DNA of 64,000 bases from Podarcis filfolensis (taxonomy: Eukaryota), in the NCBI GenBank assembly GCA_964270895.1, contig OZ185435.1, one strand, 5' to 3'. The position numbers and the translations under genes are program-made. Positions within the stretch are counted from its first letter, which is position 1. Each line of letters starts with the position of its first letter. Under the pieces are notes generated by a model. That model made no database searches. It saw only the letters and a list, made by a program, of their open reading frames with translations, and was not told the DNA's origin. Positions 25,922 through 38,711 of the stretch are shown in pieces.

Positions 25922-26365
25922 TGTCCTGGTGTTATGTCCCCTGCCTCAGGATCCCAGTTTTGACCAAAGGAAGACTCTGACTTGAGGAGGATCCCTCTGC
26001 ACTCAATTCTACACTTCCTTGGCCTGAGGACATGGCTCTTCCATTATTCTCAGAGTCTAAGGATGATTCCCACACAGCCTCTCCTACTCTCACCACCATG
26101 CAGGAGCATGCAATTGCAGAACAGGCTGTAGGCCCATTAAATATTGCAAACAGCTCCCCTGGGGGAGTTGTGCCACTGGAATATTAAGTTCTGCCAGTCT
26201 TTTTAGGGTTTCAGGAAAATATCTGCTGAGACTCAGCAGGGACCAGTGGGAGCTGCCCAAGGTCCTGATTTGCCTTGCTTTGCCTTGCTTTACCCTGGAT
26301 TGCAAGAGGTTCTGGTATTTGTTACCACTTCCACTGTGGGCCTGTAGCCCCAGCAGAAGAGGACA
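25922..26365 (+). mobile_element. Possible older solo-LTR-like element (TGTCCT...AGGACA)
   Basis: 6-bp inverted termini and an acidic, Pro/Ser-rich open frame at 25984-26187; no TSD recognisable. Confidence 0.38.
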
Positions 26366-27060
26366 CTTAGGACCAATAGAACCAATTTATACCTTAGTGG
26401 TAGGAATGTGAGAGCAAATTTCAAGTAGTTTTTTTGGGTTTTTTAACCATGTTTCACTAATGCATGGATCAAGGGCAATGGCATGATTTCTGACCAGCTG
26501 ATCAATGCTAAGGGCAAACAGTTGCCATACCACTGCTAATAATATATCACATTAGATCTAAGCAGATGTGCTAATATTTTGTGGGGGTCCCAGTTACAAG
26601 CTGAAAAAGTGTATTTCAGCTATTTTTAGTGATAGGGTCACATGATTTGTGAAAAGATAGTTTGTCTTCTCCCACCTTCATGCCCAGTTGCAAGGGACAT
26701 TTGGGGTGGTGCTGACAGTCATTAGTGTTCTCCTGTCCACTGATTGCAATATCAAAAGTGAGAAACTGACCTCCCTTTCAATTTAATTCATTTATTAAAT
26801 ATTTATAGATTTCTGCAACCAATAAAAAACGTTAAATAGCAGTGATATTAAAATAGAACAAAACGAGAAAAAAACTCAAGCATCTATACATACATGTGAA
26901 CTCATATCACGCACACATGATGACATATATCTATCACATTGGGCACCTTTGCTGCGGACAATTACTCTCCACAGATGTTGTTGCAATGGACACAATTACT
27001 CTGCAAATACCAACGTTGTTTTGCTTATTTGGAGGAAATTGGCAAAACTAATTAAATACC

Positions 27061-27586
27061 TTTGTTGGCAAGGTGATGTCTCTACTTTTTAAGATGCTTT
27101 CACCTTGCCAACAAAGGTCCGTATAGTAAAAGCTATGGTTTTCCCAGTAGTGATGTATGGAAGTGAGAGCTGGACCATAAAGAAGGCTGATCGTCGAAGA
27201 ATTGATGCTTTTGAATTATGGTGCTGGAGGAGACTCTTGAGAGTCCCATGGACTGCAAGAAGATCAAACCTATCCATTCTTAAGGAAATCAGCCCTGAGT
27301 GCTCACTGGAAGGACAGATCGTGAAGCTGAGGCTCCAATACTTTGGCCACCTCATGAGAAGAGAAGACTCCCTGGAAAAGACCCTGATGTTGGGAAAGAT
27401 TGAGGGCACAAGAAGAAGGGGACGACAGAGGACGAGATGGTTGGATAGTGTCTTCGAAGCTACAAACATGAGTCTGACCAAACTGCGGGAGGCAGTGGAA
27501 GACAGAAGTGCCTGGCGTGCTCTGGTCCATGGGGTCACGAAGAGTCGGACACGACTAAACGACTAAACAACAACAACAACAACAAA
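27061..27586 (+). mobile_element. RTE-BovB LINE, 5'-truncated, with a short 5' inverted segment, (CAA)n tail and 11-bp TSD
   Basis: Uninterrupted 153-codon frame at 27105-27566 (KAMVFPVVMYGSESWTIKKA...YFGHLMRR...GVTKSRTRL) matches the BovB ORF C-terminus. TSD aattaaatacc at 27050-27060 and 27587-27597. Confidence 0.93.
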
Positions 27587-30074
27587 AATTAAATACCAAT
27601 CCAAATTGGGGAGGGGGGGAGAAGTTTATTTGCACAAAATGGCAGGCAGAAAGTATAATGGCTTTGCGACATGGCCCGCCAGTATTCAGCAATACAGAAG
27701 GATAAAGGAGATTGATTCAGCATGAGGCCACACAAACCTACACTGCCTGGACTATAAGCTTAGCTGCTAGTAAATAGATAGTGACAGAGAGTCTAAAAGG
27801 CAGAGCATTTCCTTATATGGAAATTTAGGATGGGTATTCAGAAATGCAGTGGGTTAGCCAAAAACACCAGGAAGGGGGAAAGTTCACGTGCAAATAGCAA
27901 CATTACAGATCTTGTGATAGCCTTTGGCAACCTGGTTCTGGGCTACAGCTTTCATCAGCCCCAGCCAGCACAGCTGTGCGGAGGGGAGCTGCAGTCCAAA
28001 ACATCTGGAGGTCAGATGTTGGTGAAGGCTGATGTAGGTAAACAAGATCTGAGAAATATGAAAAGTAGAGGGGAGGAATCAAGGAGGGTGGAAACACAAT
28101 AAATACCTGTCCCGAAAAGGAGAGAACAGAAGCAGCTCCCTGGATTTTCACTGTGACTTAACAGTACAGAGTCACAGTGCACATGTGGGACGCAATGGTA
28201 TTTCAGGCAGTTAACCAGAGACAGATTAATCTGTCTCTGCTTACTGCTCGGATGGTCCAACTAACCTTCAGCTGAGGCTTATCCTGGCTGCATCGAATTC
28301 CACCCTGGATTCATAGAAACCTGTCCCAATGAAGTTTAAAAGTAGGAGGGGGGGTTTCCTTTTGGGATGACACAGTTTTGTGCTTCCCACAAGGTCCTGA
28401 CTACTCCAAAAGAGAAAAATAGCAAATATGGCTGAGAAGCAGTGAGATGGGGAAAGGAGGCAAGGGTAGGTTTCATCTAAGGCTGAAGAAGTGCTCCTCC
28501 TGTAAGCATCCATGAGTTTGGAGCAATCTTGGGAATCAGTGGCATGGAACTGAAGAAGAGCGCTGAACAGCCTGAGAGGTAATTGAACAGGTCCCTGTTA
28601 TATGAAAGAGAATGTCTGAAAGACATTGGCTCTGGCACAAAGTGTGATCTCATTAAAGCATTATATGTTAATTAATTCAAGTACTCAGCCATTAAAGACA
28701 TATTATAAATTTCCTGCCTTATAGAGGCAGGGATATAACAAGGAGCCTTTGGCCAGTCAGAACTTGCAGTCAGATGACTACATACTCCTCATGAGGAAAG
28801 GTGGATCCACTTCTTAGAAAGCAAAAAAGTAAATTGAATGGTGGGAGGGTGATTGCTGGAGACTGCCTCTGTTACTGCACTGTGTTAATTAAAATCGAAT
28901 AAGGGTTGACTTGCATTACACATGGTAGAAGTTATGCTAAGTTCAATTCACAACAGTGGGCATGCTGTGGTACAAGAGTGGACACCATCAACCATACTGC
29001 CACCCTTTATGCACATGTGCACTTCTGTGCCCCCATGACTCAGCCATGAAAATGGTGAGAAAGCAGTGTATGCTGGAATACCCAAATTTTATCACATGAA
29101 TGGCAGTGGCACAATGTATGAAAACCACAGGAAAATTACAGTACAAACACTTCTCTCGTTCTCCAGGTTAACAGAGTTGCAAACGGAATTTTTTCTGGAA
29201 GCAATTATCATGAAAATTAGCACTAAACTTCCACTAGATTCTGCTTGATTTCTAGGAGTGGCTTTTACATATCTATGAAAGATCACATGAAACACATAAA
29301 TTATCAGGAAAGGAAATGTCATGAAAATGGAAACAAGTACTGTCTGAATACAGGCCGAGTCACACCATAATTTATTATTTATTTTATTATTTTCATTCAT
29401 CCATCACCTCTTAACCTGAGTTCTCTAGGTGATGCTATAGCTGGTGATGCTATAGCTGGGGTTCTCAGGGCAATATACTACTTAAACAGACAAAAAGAAA
29501 GTAAAACATAAAATCAAACCAACCAGACCGATATAAACTAAAACATCCATCAAAACTAAAATTCAGAGAGTTAAAACACCTCATGGGGCACAACACACAA
29601 CCATGATGATAACAGCAGACACTCTGTTGCCAGTAGCAGGCACTATGTGATGATACGAATACTCCACAAGCAAACACAAAACTCCTGCAGGAAGTAAAAT
29701 ATTGCATTCAGTGTTATTTGAATCTACGCGTTTTGCTCAGTAGCTGGCAGACACTGCCTAGCAGGAGTAAGCAAATAAATCACCAGGTCTCACTTCATAA
29801 CAGTTTAACAATATTCTGTAAATATCTACTTCAAAAATATTTATACAGTAACCATTTAATCATACTCACTTTACCTTATCTACAGTTCTTCTCATCCATT
29901 ACAGTGGCTCAAAGTGATTTAAGACTATTTTTACCAGTCTCTACAAATCATTCCTTGCAGTTTCAATAAAATAAAATATTCTGAATCGTAGCAGGGCAGT
30001 GATTAATTCTCACATTAAATTCTAAGTTATCCTGCCTCTGTTCATTGTGTTTCTGATGCAGTGTGATGAACTTA

Positions 30075-30350
<276 letters not shown>

Positions 30351-31059
30351 TTAATCCTCTAAAGCCAGCTCAAAGAGTATTAATCAGTGTACTACAAAGC
30401 ACACCATGTCAGATGCTAAAGGACACTGAAAATTACATGTATTGAACAACCAATATATTAGACGAAGTAATCTGAAATCTCATATTAAAATGAATGCACA
30501 GTATGAGCACATATGGAATGGGCTGTAATTTACTGTCCTTTTATCAAGAAGATAATCAAAATGTTAAAATACTGGTAGGTATATAATACCCCACCCACCT
30601 GTATGAATACTAGATTCCAGTTCTCATATAGACTGTGAGCATATCATATTCTGAAATGTATGGAATATTAAGGTATAATGAAGAAAAGCAGATGCCAAAA
30701 TCTTTGTAGTTAACTTTCAGCGATTTACTGTTTTCTTTGTGCAGAAGCTTAGCTTATGATCAATCTTCTAAATATTGATACCATAAAATAATAAATTCAC
30801 TCCTCCAACTTCAAGAGCGGAATATATGTCTCATTAGCATATCTTACCTGAATGTGATACACATTACATGATCAACCTATGAAGGAGAATGTTACTCCTT
30901 CAATCAGAGCTGGCTTGCCTATGCTTAGGGGGTGAAGCACCTGCTTCAGGCGGTGCTGTGCCCACCCCACCGCAGCAGAACTTAGAGGAGGGCCCAAGTT
31001 CCTGCAGAGTTTGGCAAGATAATTGGGATGCAATGGGCAGGGCCAACCTTTTCCCTCAT

Positions 31060-31410
31060 TAAAGGTAAAAGGACCCCTGACCATTAGGTCCAGTCGTGGC
31101 CAACTCTGGGGTTGCAGTGCTCATCTCGCTTTATTGGCCGAGGGAGCCAGAGTACAGCTTCCGGATCATGTGGCCAGCATGACTAAGCCACTTCTGGCGA
31201 ACCAGAGCAGCGCACGGAAACGCCGTTACCTTCCCGCTGGAGCGGTACCTATTTATCTACTTGCACTTCGCCGTGCTTTCGAACTGCTAGGTTGCCAGGA
31301 GCAGGGACTGAGCAATGGGAGCTTACCCCGTCGCGGTGATCCGAACTGCCGACCTTCTGATCGGCAATTCCTAGGCTCTGTGGTTTAACCCACAGGGCCA
31401 CCCACGTCCC
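31060..31410 (-). mobile_element. Full-length Sauria SINE (tRNA-derived)
   Basis: The minus strand reads gggacgtgggtggccctgtgggttaaaccacagagcctagg...gttcggatcac (A- and B-box-like) and ends ccccagagttggccacgactggacctaatggtcagggg...tttacctttaa, matching the Sauria SINE consensus as recalled. CpG-rich, so probably young. Confidence 0.88.
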
Positions 31411-32304
31411 TCTCTGCTTTTAAAAAACAACCTTCAGGACTTCATGCCACATATACGTATGCATATAGCACCATTTGCCCCTTAGTCTTTTGTAATGCAC
31501 TTCCCCAAAACCTACTGTAGCCAGTGTGGCAATCAAAAAACCATTTGGAAATTGCTGTCCTAAAGAGTCTGTAACATTCTTTGTAGCCATGTCAGCCACG
31601 CTTTTGCCAAAGTCATTTTGAAACGTGCAGCATAAATCTGATGTGTGAAGATTCCTCCCCCCGCCAAACATAATAAATGTATTGATTACAATTCTACCCT
31701 ACTATCCCATTGCCCTTGAGGAAATTAAATAATGAAGTTTATTTTTCTCTCCAACAGAGTCCAGATTGATTCAATAATTCAAAGCTAACTAGTTATTTGT
31801 CCAAATTGTTTAGTATACAGAAAGCTGTTCATCCTTATGATGAGGTATGTGAAAAATGATAGGCAGCCCTTAACTCTCACAGCCTGCACAAAAGCTACCT
31901 AAAACATATGGGGCTGTTCTTTGAGGAAACAATGCAAAAATTGTATCAAGAGAGACCTTATAAAGGTTCCCCTCAATAAAAATAATTTCCACTTCAAATC
32001 AGATTGGCTATTCATTCAGGAGCTTTATTTTCTCTCTATCCATTCATTCATTCAGTCATTCATTCTTTTTTAGCCCTGCTTTTCAAGCAAGTATCACTTA
32101 CAGAGTGGCTTGCCATAATTGAAAAGCATCATAAAGTTGCAAAATAAAATTTTAGTGATGCACCCCCCTTCTGTGGATGTACATACCTTCTGCATGTGGT
32201 TTCATATTTTCTGCTTTGATTATGTACTGTACTATTGGGTTTTCATATTTGTAATATTGTATTGATATAATATTATTTTATTATATTTATTATATTTATT
32301 TGTA

Positions 32305-32508
32305 CAGTGGTACCTCGGGTTACAGACGCTTCAGGTTACAGACTCCGCTAACCCAGAAATAGTACCTCGGGTTAAGAACTTTGTTTCAGGATGAGAACAG
32401 AAAGCATGCAGCTGTGCGGTGGCAGCGGGAGGCCCCATTAGCTAAAGTGGTACCTCAGGTTAAGAACAGTTTCAGAACGAATTAAGTTCTTAACCCGAGG
32501 TACCCCTG
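32305..32508. mobile_element. Tc1/mariner-superfamily (pogo/Tigger-like) MITE with TA TSD
   Basis: TA|cagtggtacctcgggtta...taacccgaggtacccctg|TA (18-bp TIR, 1 mismatch); same family as 63480-63720 but internally shorter. Confidence 0.85.
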
Positions 32509-35500
32509 TACTGTAAACCAGTGATTTATTTTGTTTTTAAATGAGGAGTGTTCTACACATGTAATAAAATAAATAAATGAAATATTCATGGTAAATGTAG
32601 GGGAAAATCCCACAGCTACTGATATTTCTTCCCACGGGTGTATGGGGTTGTACATATCGGATATTAACGTATAAATATGTGGTAAGAAACTTTGGAGATG
32701 TAGATTACACATCTGGCTATCATACAGTAGAATTAAGGACTCAATTTGTATACCACAGTGAAAAACAGCACTGAAGTAATGGTGATACATTATAGAAGTC
32801 ATGTTAGTCCTAGAATGGAGGAAGAGGAAAACAAGTTTGAGAAAGGAAAATGATAAATTCAGTGCAAAGACTAAGATTTGCTCTCAGCTAGTTATTTTCA
32901 TGTGATATACATCTAAAGTACTACTACAGATGATGCAAGCTGAACTCTTATGCATTTGCAATATACTCAAACAAATCAGGTCAAGATAGCATCAGAATCT
33001 ACATTAACAGTGTTTATTCCTAGTGCATGACCTTTTACAACAAGGATTTGCATATTTAAAAACTATTAAACTGTACATCTTCATTGACTCAGAAGGTTTT
33101 AGTCCCCTGGTTTTAAGTTATGCCTGCAAAACCCCATTACAAATAATCTGTGCTGTTAATAAGATTAAAACTATTTCAGAAACAATTTCAATCAAAATGT
33201 GATTTTTGATCGATTCACAGGATTCCCATTCATGTCCCAAGCAAGCCACAAACAGTAGGCAAAAAACAAACCATGGTTACCACAAGCCAGGGTTTGGATA
33301 TAATGACAAGGTAGATTCTAGTTCTAATCTTCTGACAGCATAGCAGCTGTAGGAACAGTGAGGGTAGTGAAATTCAAGCTTTGCAGTGGTGTGTACCAGC
33401 TCAGTGTACAGCTACATTAAGCTATAGTTTATGTGTAATGACATGACAACTTTTAGTAGGTAAAGGATACTCCAAATTTGTAAGTAAACAATTCAACAGT
33501 GATGAGTTGATTGGAATTATTATGTCATGAATGGAACCTAGTGTTTCAAGTCTAAAAAGCATTGAATCAAAGTAGATTATGGCATTCAGTCTATGTACAA
33601 AAAGAGCAAGTAGAACTAGGCATCACAGCACCTACTCAGTGGCTTTAAGTAAACTGAGGAGGCAGTAATAGTACTGCCTATTTAACACAGAGGGGCCTGG
33701 TAGCATATGGGATGAGGCTTAGTGCAGTCTTCTGGGCCACTTTAGACTTTGTCTTATCTATTCTGTGGCTTCCAGTGCATTCCTCTCCAGCACAAAGCCC
33801 TCCAGAGAGCCAAGGGAAGTATTTCTGTCTGCTATGTGCACAGATTTGGGTTAGGTTCTAAAAGATGGAAGACAGAAGAAGGGAGGTCAAGTACAGGAAT
33901 CTCCAAAGCAACTATTTTGCATGATAAATTGCTCAGAAAGAGGAACCAAGCCTAAGACAACAATTACCGTATATAAGGCTAGCCAGGCCCTTGTCTGCTT
34001 TGGCAATAAATCTGCTTCTGCTAGGCTGATGAGCTACCATTATCTGGGTAGCACTAACAGAATAAAAGACCACACAAATATCTCCTTCACAGCCACCCTA
34101 CTGGCAAAGAAAATAAGGAGCCCGAGTCTTGCTGTCAGATTCTCTGATTCAAGCTTTCCAACACCTTGCAAGAGGATTCTGGACCTGCCCTGGAAACGGT
34201 TTCACTCTAGCCGACAGTTCTTGGGCAAAACAAGAATCCATCTCACAATGTAAGCTAATACATTCTTGAAATAAACAGATATCAACTCAAAGCTATTCAT
34301 CATTAAAGTAAGGCCTCTTTTGATGTTTCTGTACAAGAATGATGTCCTTGCATCATAGGGAAAAACTGTAGTGCTTATAATCTGATGTTTCAGATTTTTT
34401 CATGCGCCAAATTGATACAGCTAAATATAACCTCTACTCGAGGCAAATATGCTTAAGGCAGCTATGCTTGCATCAGTTAGCATGCCAAGGTCCAAAAAAA
34501 TGTGTGTGATGGATTCAGAGTTCATCCATCCCATAATATTAAATTGTGCTACTGAGGAGTCAGATGCTCATGAACTGTAGCTTTGGAATGACTGACAAAA
34601 ACATGTTCCTATCTAAAATAATATTCTAATTTCTATGTCATTATTAATCTGGAGGTAATTAAGAGCAGACATTGTCAAGGGCAAGCCAAATTCCATGCTT
34701 ACTTTACAGAAGCAAACTGGATGAAAGCAATCAGCATTAATATAAGCCCTCTTCAGAAAATCTAATACTGTGTGGACACAGGGGGCAGGGGGCGGCTTCA
34801 GGGATGATCACCCTAGCTGCACCCCCTTATTGCCACTCCAGTTACCCTCTATGAGCTGGGGGCGGGAACTGCTGAAGTGAAGAGCATCCTGAACTTATTG
34901 AGACTTTCCATGCATTTTAGAACCCCTAAGTTCTAAAAGGTACAGAAGTTTGTCCTCCAACCCATGGAAGGCAATTGGCATGGAGACAGAGGGACAGAGC
35001 TAGTGCTCCTGCCCCCACAGCACACCCACCCACCCACCCCACATGCCAGTTTTAACACTGAATCAGTCTGCCTGAAGAGGGCAACAGTTACTGCTTATTT
35101 TTAAGCCGTGATAAGTTGACAACAGAATGTGTGCTTCTAAGAGTTCCAGCACCCTGCATTGAAAAGGAAGTGATTTATTAGACTGTCTGGAAGGAACCAT
35201 GAAGTTCCCACTCTTTTTGCTGCTTTGAAACATTCCACAAATCCTTAGTCAAAGGATGTAATTTCTCCAGCATCTATGTATTTTCCTTCTGCTTTGTATT
35301 TTCATTAGCTAAACATGACACAGGACATAATCCTGTGCTTTATGTGATTTCCTCACCACTGTCCTGGAATTTCAAAAGTAAATCATTTGTGACAATTCTA
35401 AACCATTCTGCAAAAACTTTTTAAAAGGTTAAACAAAACATCCTACCAAACCTCACTGAATCAACCAGTTTTTCTTATTTTGTACAAGCTTAGAATTTCA

Positions 35501-36314
35501 ACTTTGTACTTGATAAAATAACACCATCTAGATGCCTTTGATGAAATAACACCATTTCTACAGCATCATCTCTACACCAAAGGCCTAAAGACCAGCTGAC
35601 ATAAAGGAAAGTAGATATAAAAAAACTATACACATCAATAAGGGTAGGATAGCTTATGCATAGAACACTGCACTATCCTTTGGGATAGCTTGCAAATGTT
35701 ATGCTCTAGACAGGCTGAATTAAAATCATGAAACCTATGGGCAGTCCATATTAGTTGTATTCTTTTTGTACAATTTTCTCCCTTAACATGCTCAGTGCAT
35801 TAATCTAAAAGTGTATGGCCTAGGAGTCTCAGATCACAAGGGTATGTCTCCCACCCTTTCCTCCTGCCCTCAAACATTTGAAACTTCCAAATGATATAAA
35901 TTATACTCTCACATTATTCTTAGGTTCCTGTGACTGAAAGCCAGCTCCTCACTCCCTTGAACAAGTTCCTTTTTCTGGACAACTTCCCCTACCCAAGAGA
36001 GATTAAGAACCTAACAGGTAAACACTAGCTAACCAGATGGTTAAGTTTTACCTTCCCAGTATCTTCCTTATCTCTCTGATCTACAAAGTAAAATCACCAG
36101 ACAGTAAGCAGCACACTTCAGGCGAGACAAGACCCTGCCAGAGTAACAGTAAAGAAGAGCTGTACATTTCCAAATGGCAGTTATGAGCCCACACATATTC
36201 CTCAACAAACTATTTAATATTAAGCAATTTACAACAGACAAATCTTAAGTTCTGGGGTGCCTAAGAACTGTGGTGTATGTGTGCATACACAACAATTACT
36301 GCATCATGTGATGA

Positions 36315-36408
36315 GAAGTTATGGGCTAGCTGAATATGTGGGTAGACCCAACCAAACCAATGAAGTTATGGGCTAGCTGAATATGTGGATAGACCCAACC
36401 AAACCAAT
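36315..36408. repeat. 47-bp tandem duplication, 1 mismatch
   Basis: gaagttatgggctagctgaatatgtgg(g/a)tagacccaaccaaaccaat twice. Confidence 0.9.
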
Positions 36409-37694
36409 AAAGAGATACTTGATTCATAAAAGGAATGCACATTGTCTTCCATGTCCCATCCATAGCTAAAAGTGCTTCATACCATTCAAGATGCTGAAGA
36501 GAAAGACCCATGCACTGCAGACCATTTCCTTTACACTAGCTTATCTGTGACCAAATACGTTTGTTTGCTCAGGCTCCCCTAACTCTGCAGCAGCTTATTA
36601 CAAATTACTTGTTTGTAGTACATAATTCAGCTAATACTGGCAAAGCCTTCAGCTCCTGCGGGTGCCTTTATGGATCAAGAGTGCTGTGGCACACAGATGC
36701 TACAGTGCATGAAAAAACAATGATTCAGATTAATCCTTTCTCCTCACAGAATAAAACTTATCTTCCAAAGGCACACATTGCTGAATAGCCTTTGGTCGAA
36801 AGGGGAAAAATGTGAAGTATGCTTTAATTGCACCCTCAGGGGCCTCCAATTTCAACGCCCTGTCCTCTCTGTCTCCTGCTCGAGTGTCTTATCTTTGCAC
36901 ATTTTTCACTTGAACTAAAACAGCATTTAGTCTCGTTCTGAGCAAGCAACTGAAAAACACATGGGAACATGCATTTTGGGCCCATTTTAAATAGTATGAA
37001 AGTATAACCATCTCTGATCATAATCTGAATTCTTAGTTAGAAAGCTACTAGAAATAGTAAAACAGATGCTTCATTATAATGAAATTCCTCAAGAAACACT
37101 TCTACTCAGTTATGCCTGTGATTATAACTGATATTCTTTTAAAAAGAGCTCAGACCAAATGCAATTAGTATAAATTGTACATTATTACTATTTAATTATT
37201 ATGAACTTGGTCACCTTGCTCTCCTCTCATGAGACTGCTGTAAATTTGCTTTAAAAACATTTTATCACTTCTGTGTTTTTAATGTTGTACACTGCCCTGG
37301 GCTCTTTTGATAAAGGGCATTATATAAACTGAATTAACAACAACAACAACAGCAACACTTTTTCTTAGATTTACATTAAACAAATGAAAGGAGAGAAAAT
37401 ATGGCATTTTTGCAAGATATACAAGTTGTCAATGTTTTCTGAGTTTTCATGCTGTACATTTCACATTCAGTCTATTATGGCTTAAGCAACTTAAAACTTT
37501 CTTGAGTGTTACAGGCTTTGCAACATCAGTCAAATATCAGCAGTCACTTGTGTGATGGCAAAATTCTGTGCTCCCCTGTCTCTTGCTTTCTGTTCTAAGT
37601 CATTGTTGCGGCGCCCCCTGCAGCACCCTCTTGGCTCGGGCAAACTGGTCGCACTCCCCTCAATGCAGCTCTGATCACACTGTAAGCATCTTAC

Positions 37695-37886
37695 CTCTTT
37701 GGTATGAGTGTGGAAGGATACAGACATGTCCAAAAGAAGCTTCCTCTGCTCCACTCTTCTGACAAAGTCCTGAATCCGCACTTCCAGATGCCGTGCTGCC
37801 TTGTAGATCTCTTCAGGGTCACACTCTCCGGTTTGAGCCAACTGCTCTGCTGCTTCCAGTAGCTTGTCTGCATTAGTATAGGTATT
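37695..37886 (-). CDS. KALRN: KALRN coding exon NTYTNADKLL...DMSVSFHTHTKE, 192 nt, phase 0-0
   Basis: Acceptor ttcctggtag|AATACC and donor GAG|gtaaga; 64 aa in frame with both neighbours. Confidence 0.96.
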
Positions 37887-38569
37887 CTACCAGGAAACAG
37901 AGCAAGAAACAAAGTGCAAGTCACACAAATGTGGCAATTGAAGCTCTAGCATGAGTATTTACACTTCCGAAACGCAGGAACAGAAACCAGCATCTTAAAA
38001 TGACAGCAGTTATTCCAAGTGATGCTCTCTGCAAGAGGAGCTAGCAAAAACCCACACAGAGTAATCTCCAAATAGGCATGAAATAGTTTCTCATTTGAAA
38101 CGCATAACCTCTCCAGAGCTAGCTTGTTTGACAGATTAAAAAGGCTCAGCATTCACTTATTTCCATGATCCCTGGAATCTTTCAAATATGACGTAGGGTA
38201 AGAAGCAATTCAGATGGTTAACTACTTCGGAAGCAGACATGGTCTCCCAGGAGATATTTCACAATGCATTTGTTTAAGTAAGAGCACTGATGGCTAGCAT
38301 GTTGCAACATGTAAATGTAGTGAACTGGAAACATTACTTCTTTAAAAAATGTGTCCACTCCCTTATTTTTGTGTTTTGACAAAAGCAATCAATCTGTGAG
38401 ATTCTGGCCTAATTTACAAACATATCTATTGGACTCATGAAAATCAACAGTATTTAACAACTCCCTTACCTGAGTGTGTGGATTATTTCTGATTAAGCTG
38501 CCTCAGTGCACTCACAGGGGCTCTGACATCCATGTGGAGCTACACACAAAGAAGAGACACCTCTACAAC

Positions 38570-38711
38570 GTGGCTAGGGAACATGTGGCCCTCCAGATAC
38601 TGCTGGACTCTAACTCCCATCAGCCCCTGTCAACATTGCCAATGGTCAGGGGTTATGGAAGCTGAAGTCCTGAAACTTCAGCTTCCATAAGCCACAAGTT
38701 CCCCACCACTG
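38570..38711. mobile_element. Foldback MITE copy carrying a secondary perfect hairpin
   Basis: gtggccctccagatactgctggactctaactcccatcagcccc core; ends tagggaacatgtggc and gccacaagttcccca. Confidence 0.65.

Noticed and set aside
26676-26716. Minus-strand GTCAGCACCACCC (SAPP...) as the missing SAPPSLGEPSEAR exon
   Set aside because: Only four residues match, there is no AG or pyrimidine tract in front, and the rest of the peptide is unrelated.
27089-27538. 149-aa minus-strand ORF
   Set aside because: It is the antisense shadow of the BovB coding frame.
31023-31388. 121-aa ORF and CpG-rich patch as a gene or CpG-island promoter
   Set aside because: It lies almost entirely within the Sauria SINE.
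36315-36408. Tandem 47-mers (and the 23- and 35-mers) as a CRISPR-like or functional array
   Set aside because: Only two adjacent copies and no spacers, in a eukaryotic intron; ordinary slippage duplications.
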